A stretch of 13,892 nucleotides of DNA. Origin: a virus. Below, piece by piece: positions 8,199 to 13,842 of the stretch. The position numbers and the translations under genes are program-made. The stretch's first letter is position 1. Each line of letters opens with the position of its first letter. The notes below the pieces were generated by a model. That model made no database searches and was not told where the DNA came from. It was given only the letters and a program-made list of their open reading frames with translations. Location: the UHGV virus genome UHGV-0110421. One strand, written 5' to 3'.

Positions 8199-8485
8199 GC
8201 CTTGATTACCCCCTCTTTCAGCCAGATAACCTGCGTTCTCGCCATACCTTCCAGCGCGCATTCTTTAGCATACTCAGCATCGACAAAATGTGTACGGCGG
8301 TCGATCTCGTCGTGACAGGCAGAGCATGCAATGGTGGCAATCAGATCAGGCGGTTTGATTCCGGTGCCACATAACCCGGCCAGGCGAATGTGCGCCAGTA
8401 CAGACGTTTCCGGGTTACCGTTGCAGACGCCGGGAATTCGAACCTGACAATCACGACCACGAGCCTCTTTGCGTAAATTTGCCAT
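8195..8485 (-). CDS. ybcO: YbcO-like putative nuclease (DUF1364)
   Basis: 96-aa product ([35 protein letters not shown]...) closely matches DLP12 YbcO as I remember it. Start at the internal ATG 8485, just after the upstream stop. Confidence 0.75.
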   Translation of the reverse strand: MANLRKEARGRDCQVRIPGVCNGNPETSVLAHIRLAGLCGTGIKPPDLIATIACSACHDEIDRRTHFVDAEYAKECALEGMARTQVIWLKEGVIKA

Positions 8486-8487
8486 GC

Positions 8488-8697
8488 TCACCCCCACGCC
8501 TTGCTTTGCCATACCCGGCTCGGGCGAGGCGCGTTATCGCCTTCCGGCAATTGCGCGCTGACGGTCCAGGTGATGTTGTCGCGATTCAGGCTGCGCTCTG
8601 TCTTTACACCGCGCGCCCGGTATTTCTCCACCAGCTCGTCGGCCTGTTCGGTGGTGCATTCGTGATGGTGGAACCAGGAAAATTTCATCGCCATCAC
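8488..8697 (-). CDS. hypothetical small nin-region protein (69 aa)
   Basis: ATG overlaps the stop of the upstream gene (ATGA), in the same operon. No motif recognised. Confidence 0.4.
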   Translation of the reverse strand: MMAMKFSWFHHHECTTEQADELVEKYRARGVKTERSLNRDNITWTVSAQLPEGDNAPRPSRVWQSKAWG

Positions 8698-9293
8698 CCC
8701 GCAAAGCTCATCAGCTGGGCGGCGGCGTTTTCTGCCTCTTCACAACTGCGAAATGATCGGGAGAGTATCCATCGCCACAGAACATCGAGCGCGGCTTTGT
8801 ACAGCTGCTGGAACTCGGTTTCGTCCATGTTGGCAAAGGCAATGCTGCGGGGGGGTTTGCGAAGGGTGCCGTCGGGAAGCTGTATGGCGTCGTAGTGGCC
8901 AGACTCGATGATCACCCATGCACGATATGCGTCATAGGATTTGCAGATGCTGATACTACCGGCGCGCTTATCGGCGATGCGGTCCAGATATTGCTCAGCA
9001 GCATCCAGGAGTGCTGCTTCACTTCCCGCGAATGAGGCAAGGAACTTGGCATAGCCGGTTACCAGCTTGCGTTCGTTGGAGGAGATTGCCCCGCCGGTGG
9101 GTTCCCAGTATTCGAAACCGAGATTGAGTAACGCGAAGAAACGACGGTGAAAGGCCGGGTTGCGTACCTGCCGGAACTCAGCCACCAGTACGGAGCCGAG
9201 TTTGATTTTTGATTGCAGTAAATCACTGGTCTCCGGCGTAGCGGGGATCAGGATTCCTGAGGAATGCTTGATGAGTTGTAGTTCGTGCGCCAT
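8694..9293 (-). CDS. conserved phage nin-region protein (possibly DUF1367 / YbcN-like)
   Basis: 199-aa ORF, ATG at 9293 with GGAGAG upstream, in the position occupied by ybcN-type genes upstream of ybcO-rusA. Family assignment uncertain. Confidence 0.45.
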   Translation of the reverse strand: MAHELQLIKHSSGILIPATPETSDLLQSKIKLGSVLVAEFRQVRNPAFHRRFFALLNLGFEYWEPTGGAISSNERKLVTGYAKFLASFAGSEAALLDAAEQYLDRIADKRAGSISICKSYDAYRAWVIIESGHYDAIQLPDGTLRKPPRSIAFANMDETEFQQLYKAALDVLWRWILSRSFRSCEEAENAAAQLMSFAG

Positions 9294-9327
9294 GGTTTCT
9301 CTCCGTGGCGCAGTAGGTTACGGTTGT

Positions 9328-9576
9328 TCAGACCGTTGATTTCATATTATCAGAAGGTGGGGTTACCCGGTAGCCGAGACGGTGAATAAACTGCATAAAA
9401 CCATTAGGAGTAAAGACCTCTTCATCATCCAGCAAAGGCCGCATAGAAACCATGCCATTGACGCGATAAATTAGATGCCTGCCCGATGAAGGAAAGCTAA
9501 ACACCACGCAGCCGTCAGACCTTCTTACAATGTCATACCAGTTGTCTTCTGACGTTTGCAAAGCTGAATCACTCAC
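9328..9576 (-). CDS. hypothetical protein (82 aa)
   Basis: GTG start at 9576 with AAGGGAG upstream, located between the dinI terminator and the nin genes. No motif recognised. Confidence 0.35.
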   Translation of the reverse strand: MSDSALQTSEDNWYDIVRRSDGCVVFSFPSSGRHLIYRVNGMVSMRPLLDDEEVFTPNGFMQFIHRLGYRVTPPSDNMKSTV

Positions 9577-9663
9577 ATTTATGTTCTCCCTTCGAGCGAC
9601 TAACAGACGCGATTAAAGATTGTCGGCAGCAGCATCAGAGGGTTACGCAAATTGCGGTATTCT

Positions 9664-9690
9664 GAAAAATGCGCGCCAGCCTTAAGCGCA
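9664..9690 (-). terminator. putative intrinsic terminator downstream of dinI
   Basis: GC-rich 5-bp stem (UGCGC / GCGCA) with an 11-nt loop, followed by UUUUUC on the minus-strand RNA, just 3' of the dinI stop. Confidence 0.35.
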
Positions 9691-9693
9691 ATT

Positions 9694-9927
9694 CTAATAA
9701 AACCAGTCGTCAGCGCTTTCCCAGGTATCCTGGAGGATTGATTCAATTTTCTTTTTATCGTCCTTGTCACCACCAAAAACACTTAACCCATCGGCCCCGG
9801 CACGGCGGATTGTGAGCCTGCAATTGTCATAGTGATCATTCAGGCGCTTAAGCAGTTCTTTCTCCAGTGCTGGTACTGCGCCTTTAGGAAGTTCTTTCAT
9901 GCGATCAATGGTTAATTCAACTTTCAT
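9694..9927 (-). CDS. dinI: DinI-like DNA-damage-inducible protein
   Basis: MKVELTIDRMKELPKGAVPALEKELLKRL...SILQDTWESADDWFY matches the DinI family pattern (C-terminal ETWESADDWF motif). Start at the second ATG (9927), which has a GGGG Shine-Dalgarno-like motif. Confidence 0.8.
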   Translation of the reverse strand: MKVELTIDRMKELPKGAVPALEKELLKRLNDHYDNCRLTIRRAGADGLSVFGGDKDDKKKIESILQDTWESADDWFY

Positions 9928-9945
9928 AATGGCCCCCATTGCATT

Positions 9946-9965
9946 TACTGTGTTTTTATACAGTA
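9946..9965. promoter_or_regulatory. LexA (SOS) box overlapping the dinI promoter
   Basis: TACTGTGTTTTTATACAGTA fits the CTGT-N8-ACAG SOS-box consensus with TA flanks. It overlaps a TATACT -10-like hexamer on the minus strand ~20 nt upstream of dinI. Confidence 0.7.
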
Positions 9966-10027
9966 TACCTATGCGCGGAAATGATCAACGCTTTAAGAGC
10001 ACAAATTGTTAATTTTCTGTCAGTAGT

Positions 10028-10056
10028 AAAAAAAAAAACCCCGCCGTAGCGGGTTG
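10028..10056 (-). terminator. intrinsic terminator
   Basis: Minus-strand RNA CCCGC-UACG-GCGGG followed by a run of 11 U (plus strand shows an A11 run then the stem). Separates the moron cassette from the dinI promoter. Confidence 0.6.
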
Positions 10057-10087
10057 AATTAGCGATGTTTTATTACGCCGCTATTTG

Positions 10088-10137
10088 TTTCTGCTGACAA
10101 AGCTCCTGTAGGTTAGCCCTAACCAGCGCCTCAGCGA
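10088..10137. repeat. direct repeat copy A (~50 bp, duplicate of methyltransferase 3' end)
   Basis: TTTCTGCTGACAAAGCTCC... aligns to 10676-10725 with about 6 mismatches over ~47 bp. Both copies would encode ...AEALVRANL(Q/P)ELCQQK(Q/E)IAA-stop on the minus strand. Confidence 0.6.
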
Positions 10138-10279
10138 GCTGATGATTGGACAGCATTAACGCAATGGGTAATAGAAACCACAGAATGCACGAAATGGCGG
10201 TGGTATTCGCCATCTGTGACAGGTTGAATATTGCTCGAATTGTATTGTTTGCACTTTAACGTTTCTGTTGTAGTGCCGG

Positions 10280-10316
10280 ATGCATGCCACCGTATGTTCA
10301 GGACGATGGCATGCAT
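10280..10316. repeat. perfect 10-bp inverted repeat (ATGCATGCCA ... TGGCATGCAT) with 17-bp spacer
   Basis: Seen directly in the sequence, immediately 3' of the 78-aa moron ORF on the minus strand. No adjacent U-run. Confidence 0.6.
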
Positions 10317-10324
10317 ATTATGGA

Positions 10325-10561
10325 TTACGATTTATCCATTCCCAGGGGATTAGGGTGAATTCCACTTACATGCCAGAACGCATGCTCTCTATTCAACTGA
10401 TTTCCCTTTGGTATCAGGAAGCCATACGTCCCAGATTTAAAAGTGGCATGAGCGCAGATTAGACTTTCTCCTTCAAAGCTATACTCAGTCCCTTCAGGGA
10501 TTAGAGAGTCAGTCTTGATCAGGTGAACAGTTCCGTTGATAGGGATCATGTAATGGTGCAT
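10325..10561 (-). CDS. uncharacterised moron protein (78 aa, His-rich, soluble)
   Basis: ATG at 10561 with GAGGAG upstream and its own extended -10 promoter. AT-rich segment. No family recognised. Confidence 0.5.
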   Translation of the reverse strand: MHHYMIPINGTVHLIKTDSLIPEGTEYSFEGESLICAHATFKSGTYGFLIPKGNQLNREHAFWHVSGIHPNPLGMDKS

Positions 10562-10599
10562 TTTAGGCTCCTCGTGTTGTGAAGAGCCTAATTATATCA
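10562..10599 (-). promoter_or_regulatory. extended -10 promoter (TGATATAAT) plus 5'-leader hairpin that pairs with the Shine-Dalgarno sequence of the 78-aa ORF
   Basis: Minus strand reads CTGATATAATT AGGCUCUUC-ACAACAC-GAGGAGCCU AAA AUG. The 9-bp stem (one G-U pair) includes the whole GAGGAG motif. Confidence 0.45.
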
Positions 10600-10660
10600 G
10601 GTTTGAATCTACGTCATTGAAGTAGCAGGATTTGTTACACCATGTTCTGAAACTCGGACA

Positions 10661-10901
10661 TTAAGCTGCGATCTCTTTCTGCTGACAAAGCTCCGGTAAA
10701 TTAGCCCTCACCAGTGCCTCGGCGAATGGCGGCGGAACTGCGTTGCCACAACGCGCAACCTGCTTGTCCTTCGCGTACTTCTGCCCCCGATAGTCCTGAT
10801 CGATGATGTACCACTCCGGGAAGCCCTGCCAGTTTGGCGTTGTTCAACCCTGGGTTGTTGCGCAGGGCTGCCAGCACCTGCTCACGGATTGTTATGTTCA
10901 T
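10661..10901 (-). pseudogene. DNA cytosine-5 methyltransferase, C-terminal remnant (truncated and frameshifted)
   Basis: Minus-strand frame ending at 10661 encodes ...WQGFPEWY...ARCGNAVPPPFAEAL..., which matches C5-methyltransferase C-terminal motifs (FP-x-Y and GNAV). That frame has a stop at 10844-10846 and no start; a different frame opens at ATG 10901 just after the P stop. Confidence 0.55.
10676..10725. repeat. direct repeat copy B (native 3' end of the methyltransferase remnant)
   Basis: Partner of 10088-10137; see that feature. Confidence 0.6.
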
Positions 10902-10902
10902 G

Positions 10903-11592
10903 TCACACCATCCCGTTCGACTTGTTGCGGTTGTACTTGGCCAGCAGCAGCTGGATCGGCGTCGGCCCTTGCTCGGCAGCTGGTGCGGCAATAGCCCGGC
11001 GTACCGGCGGCACTGGCTTACCCTCGGTGACGCGCCTTTCCCACATGTCCAGCAGATCGCCTGCCTCGCGTGCCAGTTCACCATGCGTTAACTGGCGCTC
11101 GGTGCTGCGGTGGCGCAATTCTACGCAAATGTGGTACATGACCGGCTGCGACCATGGAAATTGCTCGCTGGAGATGAATTCGAACGAGCGGTTACGCCAG
11201 TCCCAGTATTCGGCGATCACCTGGTCAACGTTGACGCCCAGCGCGCCGCCGCTCTGCTTGCACCAGGCGACGAACTGGCCCGGCGACGGCAGGAATGGGC
11301 GCTCCTGGCGGCGGGCAATGCGCATGCCGGCATCGACCTGAGCCATGGTGTGGATCCCGTTCTCCTGAAACGCCAGCAGCCACTGACGGCGGAATTCGTT
11401 CAGGTCTTCCTGGGTGCGGAAGTTCGCCATGCTGGCCGGGAACGCGGCGCGCAGCTCGTTGAACAGCTTGTTGAATACCTGCGCCACCTGCTCGACCGGC
11501 GCGCACTCCTGGTACTGCTCTGGCAGGTTATGGGCCATGCGGCTCATCTGCTCGCGGTCGTGGTTACGCATCTGCTCTGCAAGAGATTTCAT
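10903..11592 (-). CDS. P: replication protein P (DnaB helicase loader)
   Basis: Strong resemblance throughout to lambda P as remembered (e.g. NLPEQY, FPASMANF, RQWLLAFQENGIHTMAQVDAGMRIARRQERPFLPSPGQFVAWC). ATG overlaps the O stop (ATGA). Confidence 0.9.
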   Translation of the reverse strand: MKSLAEQMRNHDREQMSRMAHNLPEQYQECAPVEQVAQVFNKLFNELRAAFPASMANFRTQEDLNEFRRQWLLAFQENGIHTMAQVDAGMRIARRQERPFLPSPGQFVAWCKQSGGALGVNVDQVIAEYWDWRNRSFEFISSEQFPWSQPVMYHICVELRHRSTERQLTHGELAREAGDLLDMWERRVTEGKPVPPVRRAIAAPAAEQGPTPIQLLLAKYNRNKSNGMV

Positions 11593-12497
11593 CGGATCAC
11601 CCCATAGGCCCAGTCAGTGTTGTTGAAGTCCAGATCTGGCTTGACAGCGCGCTGCTCACCTCCGGCGTTACGCTGCATTGTCAGCTTGTCCCACTGCTTA
11701 CGCAGGCTTTCGGGACTCAGGATGTTGGTCTGCCAGAAGTGGTGTTTGCTAGCCCAGTCATACAGCACGCAGATGTCCTGGTGCGACCGGTTGTCTATCT
11801 GGCGCATCAGGCGAACAGTGTTAGACCAGGAGGTCATGTCCGGGGCTTTGCAGGTTGGGTTAATCAGCTTCACCCTGGAGGAAATCCACTTAGCTGTCTC
11901 GAGGTCTTCAGCAGAGCCCCACTTCGCACCGGATGGTGTGTAGACCGCAGCTTCAGGATGAGTTGATAAAAATTTCTTCAGACGTGCGTCAGAGGATTCA
12001 TCAGAATTCTCGGACGAAGATCTTTTAATACTGTTCTTGTTCTTGTATTGGGTGTCTACCGTTTTCGGGAAGGTTATTCCTGATTTCGGGAAGGATTTTC
12101 CCGTTTTCGGGAATTTTCTTCCCGTTTCCGGTTTGTCTAAAATCCATGCTGAAAGGTCAGTGTTTACACCGACGATTTTCATCATGCCCTGCTTCTGTGA
12201 AAAGATGATTTTGCGTTCTGCGAGAGACTTAAGCGCGTCCGATACATGCGTATCGCTTAGGCCCGTAAGCTCGGCAATAACCGTATTTGTCACGCGGTCC
12301 TGTTTCTTGTTCCAGCCGTAGGTAAGCCAGATCACCGCCTCAAAACATTGCCATTCCCGGCCTGACAGTCTCAGGCGAGGCTTAAGCTGTTGGATCTCGT
12401 TAGCGACCTTGGTATACCCGTTCGACAGGTCGGCCATACGACCTCCCGGTTGTTCGGTTTTATTTGGGAAATTGATTATTTCAGCGGTGTTTGACAT
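11589..12497 (-). CDS. O: replication initiator O-like protein (replisome organiser)
   Basis: N-terminal HTH-like replisome-organiser domain (LSGREWQCFEAVIWLTYGWNKKQDRVTN...), an internal iteron-encoding low-complexity region (PETGRKFPKTGKSFPKSGITFPKT), and a P gene directly downstream. Start at ATG 12497 (GGAG upstream) rather than GTG 12530. Confidence 0.8.
   Translation of the reverse strand: MSNTAEIINFPNKTEQPGGRMADLSNGYTKVANEIQQLKPRLRLSGREWQCFEAVIWLTYGWNKKQDRVTNTVIAELTGLSDTHVSDALKSLAERKIIFSQKQGMMKIVGVNTDLSAWILDKPETGRKFPKTGKSFPKSGITFPKTVDTQYKNKNSIKRSSSENSDESSDARLKKFLSTHPEAAVYTPSGAKWGSAEDLETAKWISSRVKLINPTCKAPDMTSWSNTVRLMRQIDNRSHQDICVLYDWASKHHFWQTNILSPESLRKQWDKLTMQRNAGGEQRAVKPDLDFNNTDWAYGVIR
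12062..12134. repeat. origin-of-replication iterons inside the O gene
   Basis: Core TCGGGAA recurs at 12065, 12086 and 12107 (exact 21-bp period) with a degenerate fourth copy near 12128, followed by a more AT-rich stretch. This matches lambda-type ori organisation within O. Confidence 0.6.
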
Positions 12498-12532
12498 ACT
12501 GTTCTCCGCAATTACGCACTGTTTTTGCACCT

Positions 12533-12575
12533 GAAAGCCGTTGGTGTTCGAGCACCGCGGCTTTCGCCATTTTTG
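12533..12575 (+). terminator. hairpin plus T-run on the + strand (possible terminator of an oop-like antisense RNA)
   Basis: GAAAGCCG ... CGGCTTTC 8-bp stem with a nested GGTG/CACC stem, followed by GCCATTTTT on the + strand. Sits between the CII-like stop and the O start. Confidence 0.3.
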
Positions 12576-12581
12576 AACCGG

Positions 12582-13121
12582 TCATATAGCCCCCAGCATA
12601 ATCTGCACCATTTCCATCAACGGACCGGTTAACCCAGGGTCAACGCGATACATCTCCACGATCCCCTCGCTCAACTCTTTCAGCTTCTGATGACGTGGCG
12701 CATCCATTGCGACAGCAATCTTCGCTTCGCTGGTTTCCTTCTCCAGCCTTGCCAGACGAGCCATTACGTTGTCTTCTGGTAGCAGACGATTGCGGTATTC
12801 AATCGGCAGGACAGCGAGGATTGCCGGCGTCAGCTGGCGGACGTTCTCGCGGTACCGTTCGCTGTTGAAATGGTTATCCAGGAAGCGGAACAGCTTCTGC
12901 CGGGCACGGCTGTGATCTGCCGGAAAGTCGATACCTTCGCCACCTATCCGGTGCCACTCTTCAACGATCAGGGCCGTTACAACGTCCTGCCCGGCTACTG
13001 CTGACCAGGCGCGAACAGCATCACGGAGGGCACCACAACTGACGCCCGGTTTTGGTTGAGCGCGATTTATCAGCGCTGCTGAAATGAACCCGTTACTCTG
13101 TTGATACGTAAGTGATTGCAT
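12582..13121 (-). CDS. YdaT-like protein (CII functional analogue of Rac/CP-933-type prophages)
   Basis: 179-aa ORF directly downstream of the Cro-like gene, ATG 13121 with AAGGA upstream. Motifs LTPAILAVLPIEYRNRLLP and C-terminal ...MLGAI resemble YdaT as I remember it. Confidence 0.5.
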   Translation of the reverse strand: MQSLTYQQSNGFISAALINRAQPKPGVSCGALRDAVRAWSAVAGQDVVTALIVEEWHRIGGEGIDFPADHSRARQKLFRFLDNHFNSERYRENVRQLTPAILAVLPIEYRNRLLPEDNVMARLARLEKETSEAKIAVAMDAPRHQKLKELSEGIVEMYRVDPGLTGPLMEMVQIMLGAI

Positions 13122-13132
13122 AGTTACATTCC

Positions 13133-13351
13133 TTACTTTGGTAAACCGTCACTTGGGTTTGGATAGAGATCAGGGCGCAGCTCGTGTGGAGTTACGCCGG
13201 TAGCCGCGTAGATTTGAAGGACCCGATCAGCAGGCACCACGCCCTGGTACCGGTTTTTCCAGCGGCTGACCGACATCGGCTTGATGCCCAGCATGGTTGC
13301 GAGATTTGTTGCAGTGCCAGCGGACTTAATGGCTTTCGTTAACCCGTTCAT
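13133..13351 (-). CDS. Cro-like HTH regulator (YdaS-like)
   Basis: 72-aa product from ATG 13351 (GGAG upstream) with a helix-turn-helix region (ATNLATMLGIKPMSVSRWKN). Divergent from the repressor gene. The tracked 97-aa version starts at an unlikely TTG. Confidence 0.6.
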   Translation of the reverse strand: MNGLTKAIKSAGTATNLATMLGIKPMSVSRWKNRYQGVVPADRVLQIYAATGVTPHELRPDLYPNPSDGLPK

Positions 13352-13455
13352 CGTTGTCTCCGATTTGAATACAATCAAATTAAGCCTGAGACTTAATTTA
13401 TTGTCAAGCCTGAGGCGAATTTTCAAGTTTAAGAAAAAGGCTTATTCTTCTAACC
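13352..13455. promoter_or_regulatory. immunity-region intergenic: divergent promoters and operator-like repeats
   Basis: An 8-bp inverted repeat AAATTAAG-N7-CTTAATTT (~13377-13399), direct repeats of AAGCCTGAG (~13382 and ~13406), and a TTGACA on the minus strand (~13401-13406) oriented toward the Cro-like gene. Confidence 0.45.
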
Positions 13456-13842
13456 ATGAAAGAGAAAACCGTACTTAATCCGATACTTGTCGAACGCCTT
13501 TCAGAGCTGAACGGGCGCGGTATGACCAAATCCGATATGGCCAGGGTTGCTGGGGTAACCCCGCAGTCTGTGAACGGCTGGTTTAAAAAAGGCGTGATCA
13601 GCAAGAAATCAGCTCTCGCTGTCGCTGACGCAGCTGGCGTGTCTGTGCCTTGGTTACTCGGTGAGGATGTCGGCGAGAAGGACGGACTTAAGCCGGACGA
13701 ACAGCGCCTGCTTGAGCTCTACCGCCAGCTGCCAGAAGAAGAGCAACAGAACATGCTCCGCATCTTTTCGATACGTCTTAAGGAACTGGATGAGCTGTAT
13801 GAGAAGTACATGAAGGGGCGGATTCGCTCGCAGGGGGACTGA
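13456..13842 (+). CDS. CI/RacR-like prophage repressor (XRE-type HTH, no S24 peptidase domain)
   Basis: N-terminal HTH (MTKSDMARVAGVTPQSVNGWFKKGV) and a helical C-terminal half. Divergent from Cro-like/YdaT-like genes, as in racR-ydaS-ydaT. ATG has no obvious Shine-Dalgarno sequence, so the transcript may be leaderless. Confidence 0.6.
   Translation: MKEKTVLNPILVERLSELNGRGMTKSDMARVAGVTPQSVNGWFKKGVISKKSALAVADAAGVSVPWLLGEDVGEKDGLKPDEQRLLELYRQLPEEEQQNMLRIFSIRLKELDELYEKYMKGRIRSQGD

Noticed and set aside
7348-8315. + strand ORFs 7348..7554 and 7974..8315 antisense to Q and RusA
   Set aside because: Antisense shadows; no starts with ribosome-binding sites.
8479-8895. 138-aa + strand ORF antisense to the nin genes
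   Set aside because: Overlaps three translationally coupled minus-strand genes. Arg/Ala-rich translation.
9600-9782. 60-aa minus-strand ORF overlapping the dinI 3' end
   Set aside because: Alternative frame of the dinI region; the dinI frame has the family motif and a ribosome-binding site.
10131-10462. ORFs 10131..10316 (-) and 10280..10462 (+) around the 10-bp inverted repeat
   Set aside because: Both start at the ATGCAT palindrome, which supplies an ATG on each strand. Products are low-complexity with no ribosome-binding site; the + ORF is antisense to the better-supported 78-aa gene.
10701-11084. 127-aa minus-strand ORF overlapping the 3' end of P
   Set aside because: Its upstream 61 codons are an out-of-frame shadow of P. 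Only the part after the internal ATG at 10901 is treated as real, as part of the methyltransferase remnant.
10803-11626. + strand ORFs (10803..10994, 10834..11091, 10889..11341, 11110..11607, 11414..11626) and - strand 11225..11506 within the P gene
   Set aside because: Shadow ORFs of a confidently identified P-like gene.
11617-12321. + strand ORFs (11617..11943, 11739..11966, 12037..12321) within the O gene
   Set aside because: Antisense to the O-like gene. The 12037..12321 frame translates the iteron repeats into a repetitive peptide (FGKVIPDFGKDFPVFGNFLPVSG), a repeat artefact.
13133-13426. Extended 97-aa version of the Cro-like gene starting at TTG 13426
   Set aside because: TTG start inside the operator region with no ribosome-binding site. 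The internal ATG at 13351 has GGAG upstream and gives a typical ~70-aa Cro-sized product.
13281-13604. ORFs 13281..13478 (+) and 13404..13604 (-) across the immunity intergenic region
   Set aside because: They span the operator/promoter region and overlap the better-supported Cro-like and repressor genes in other frames.
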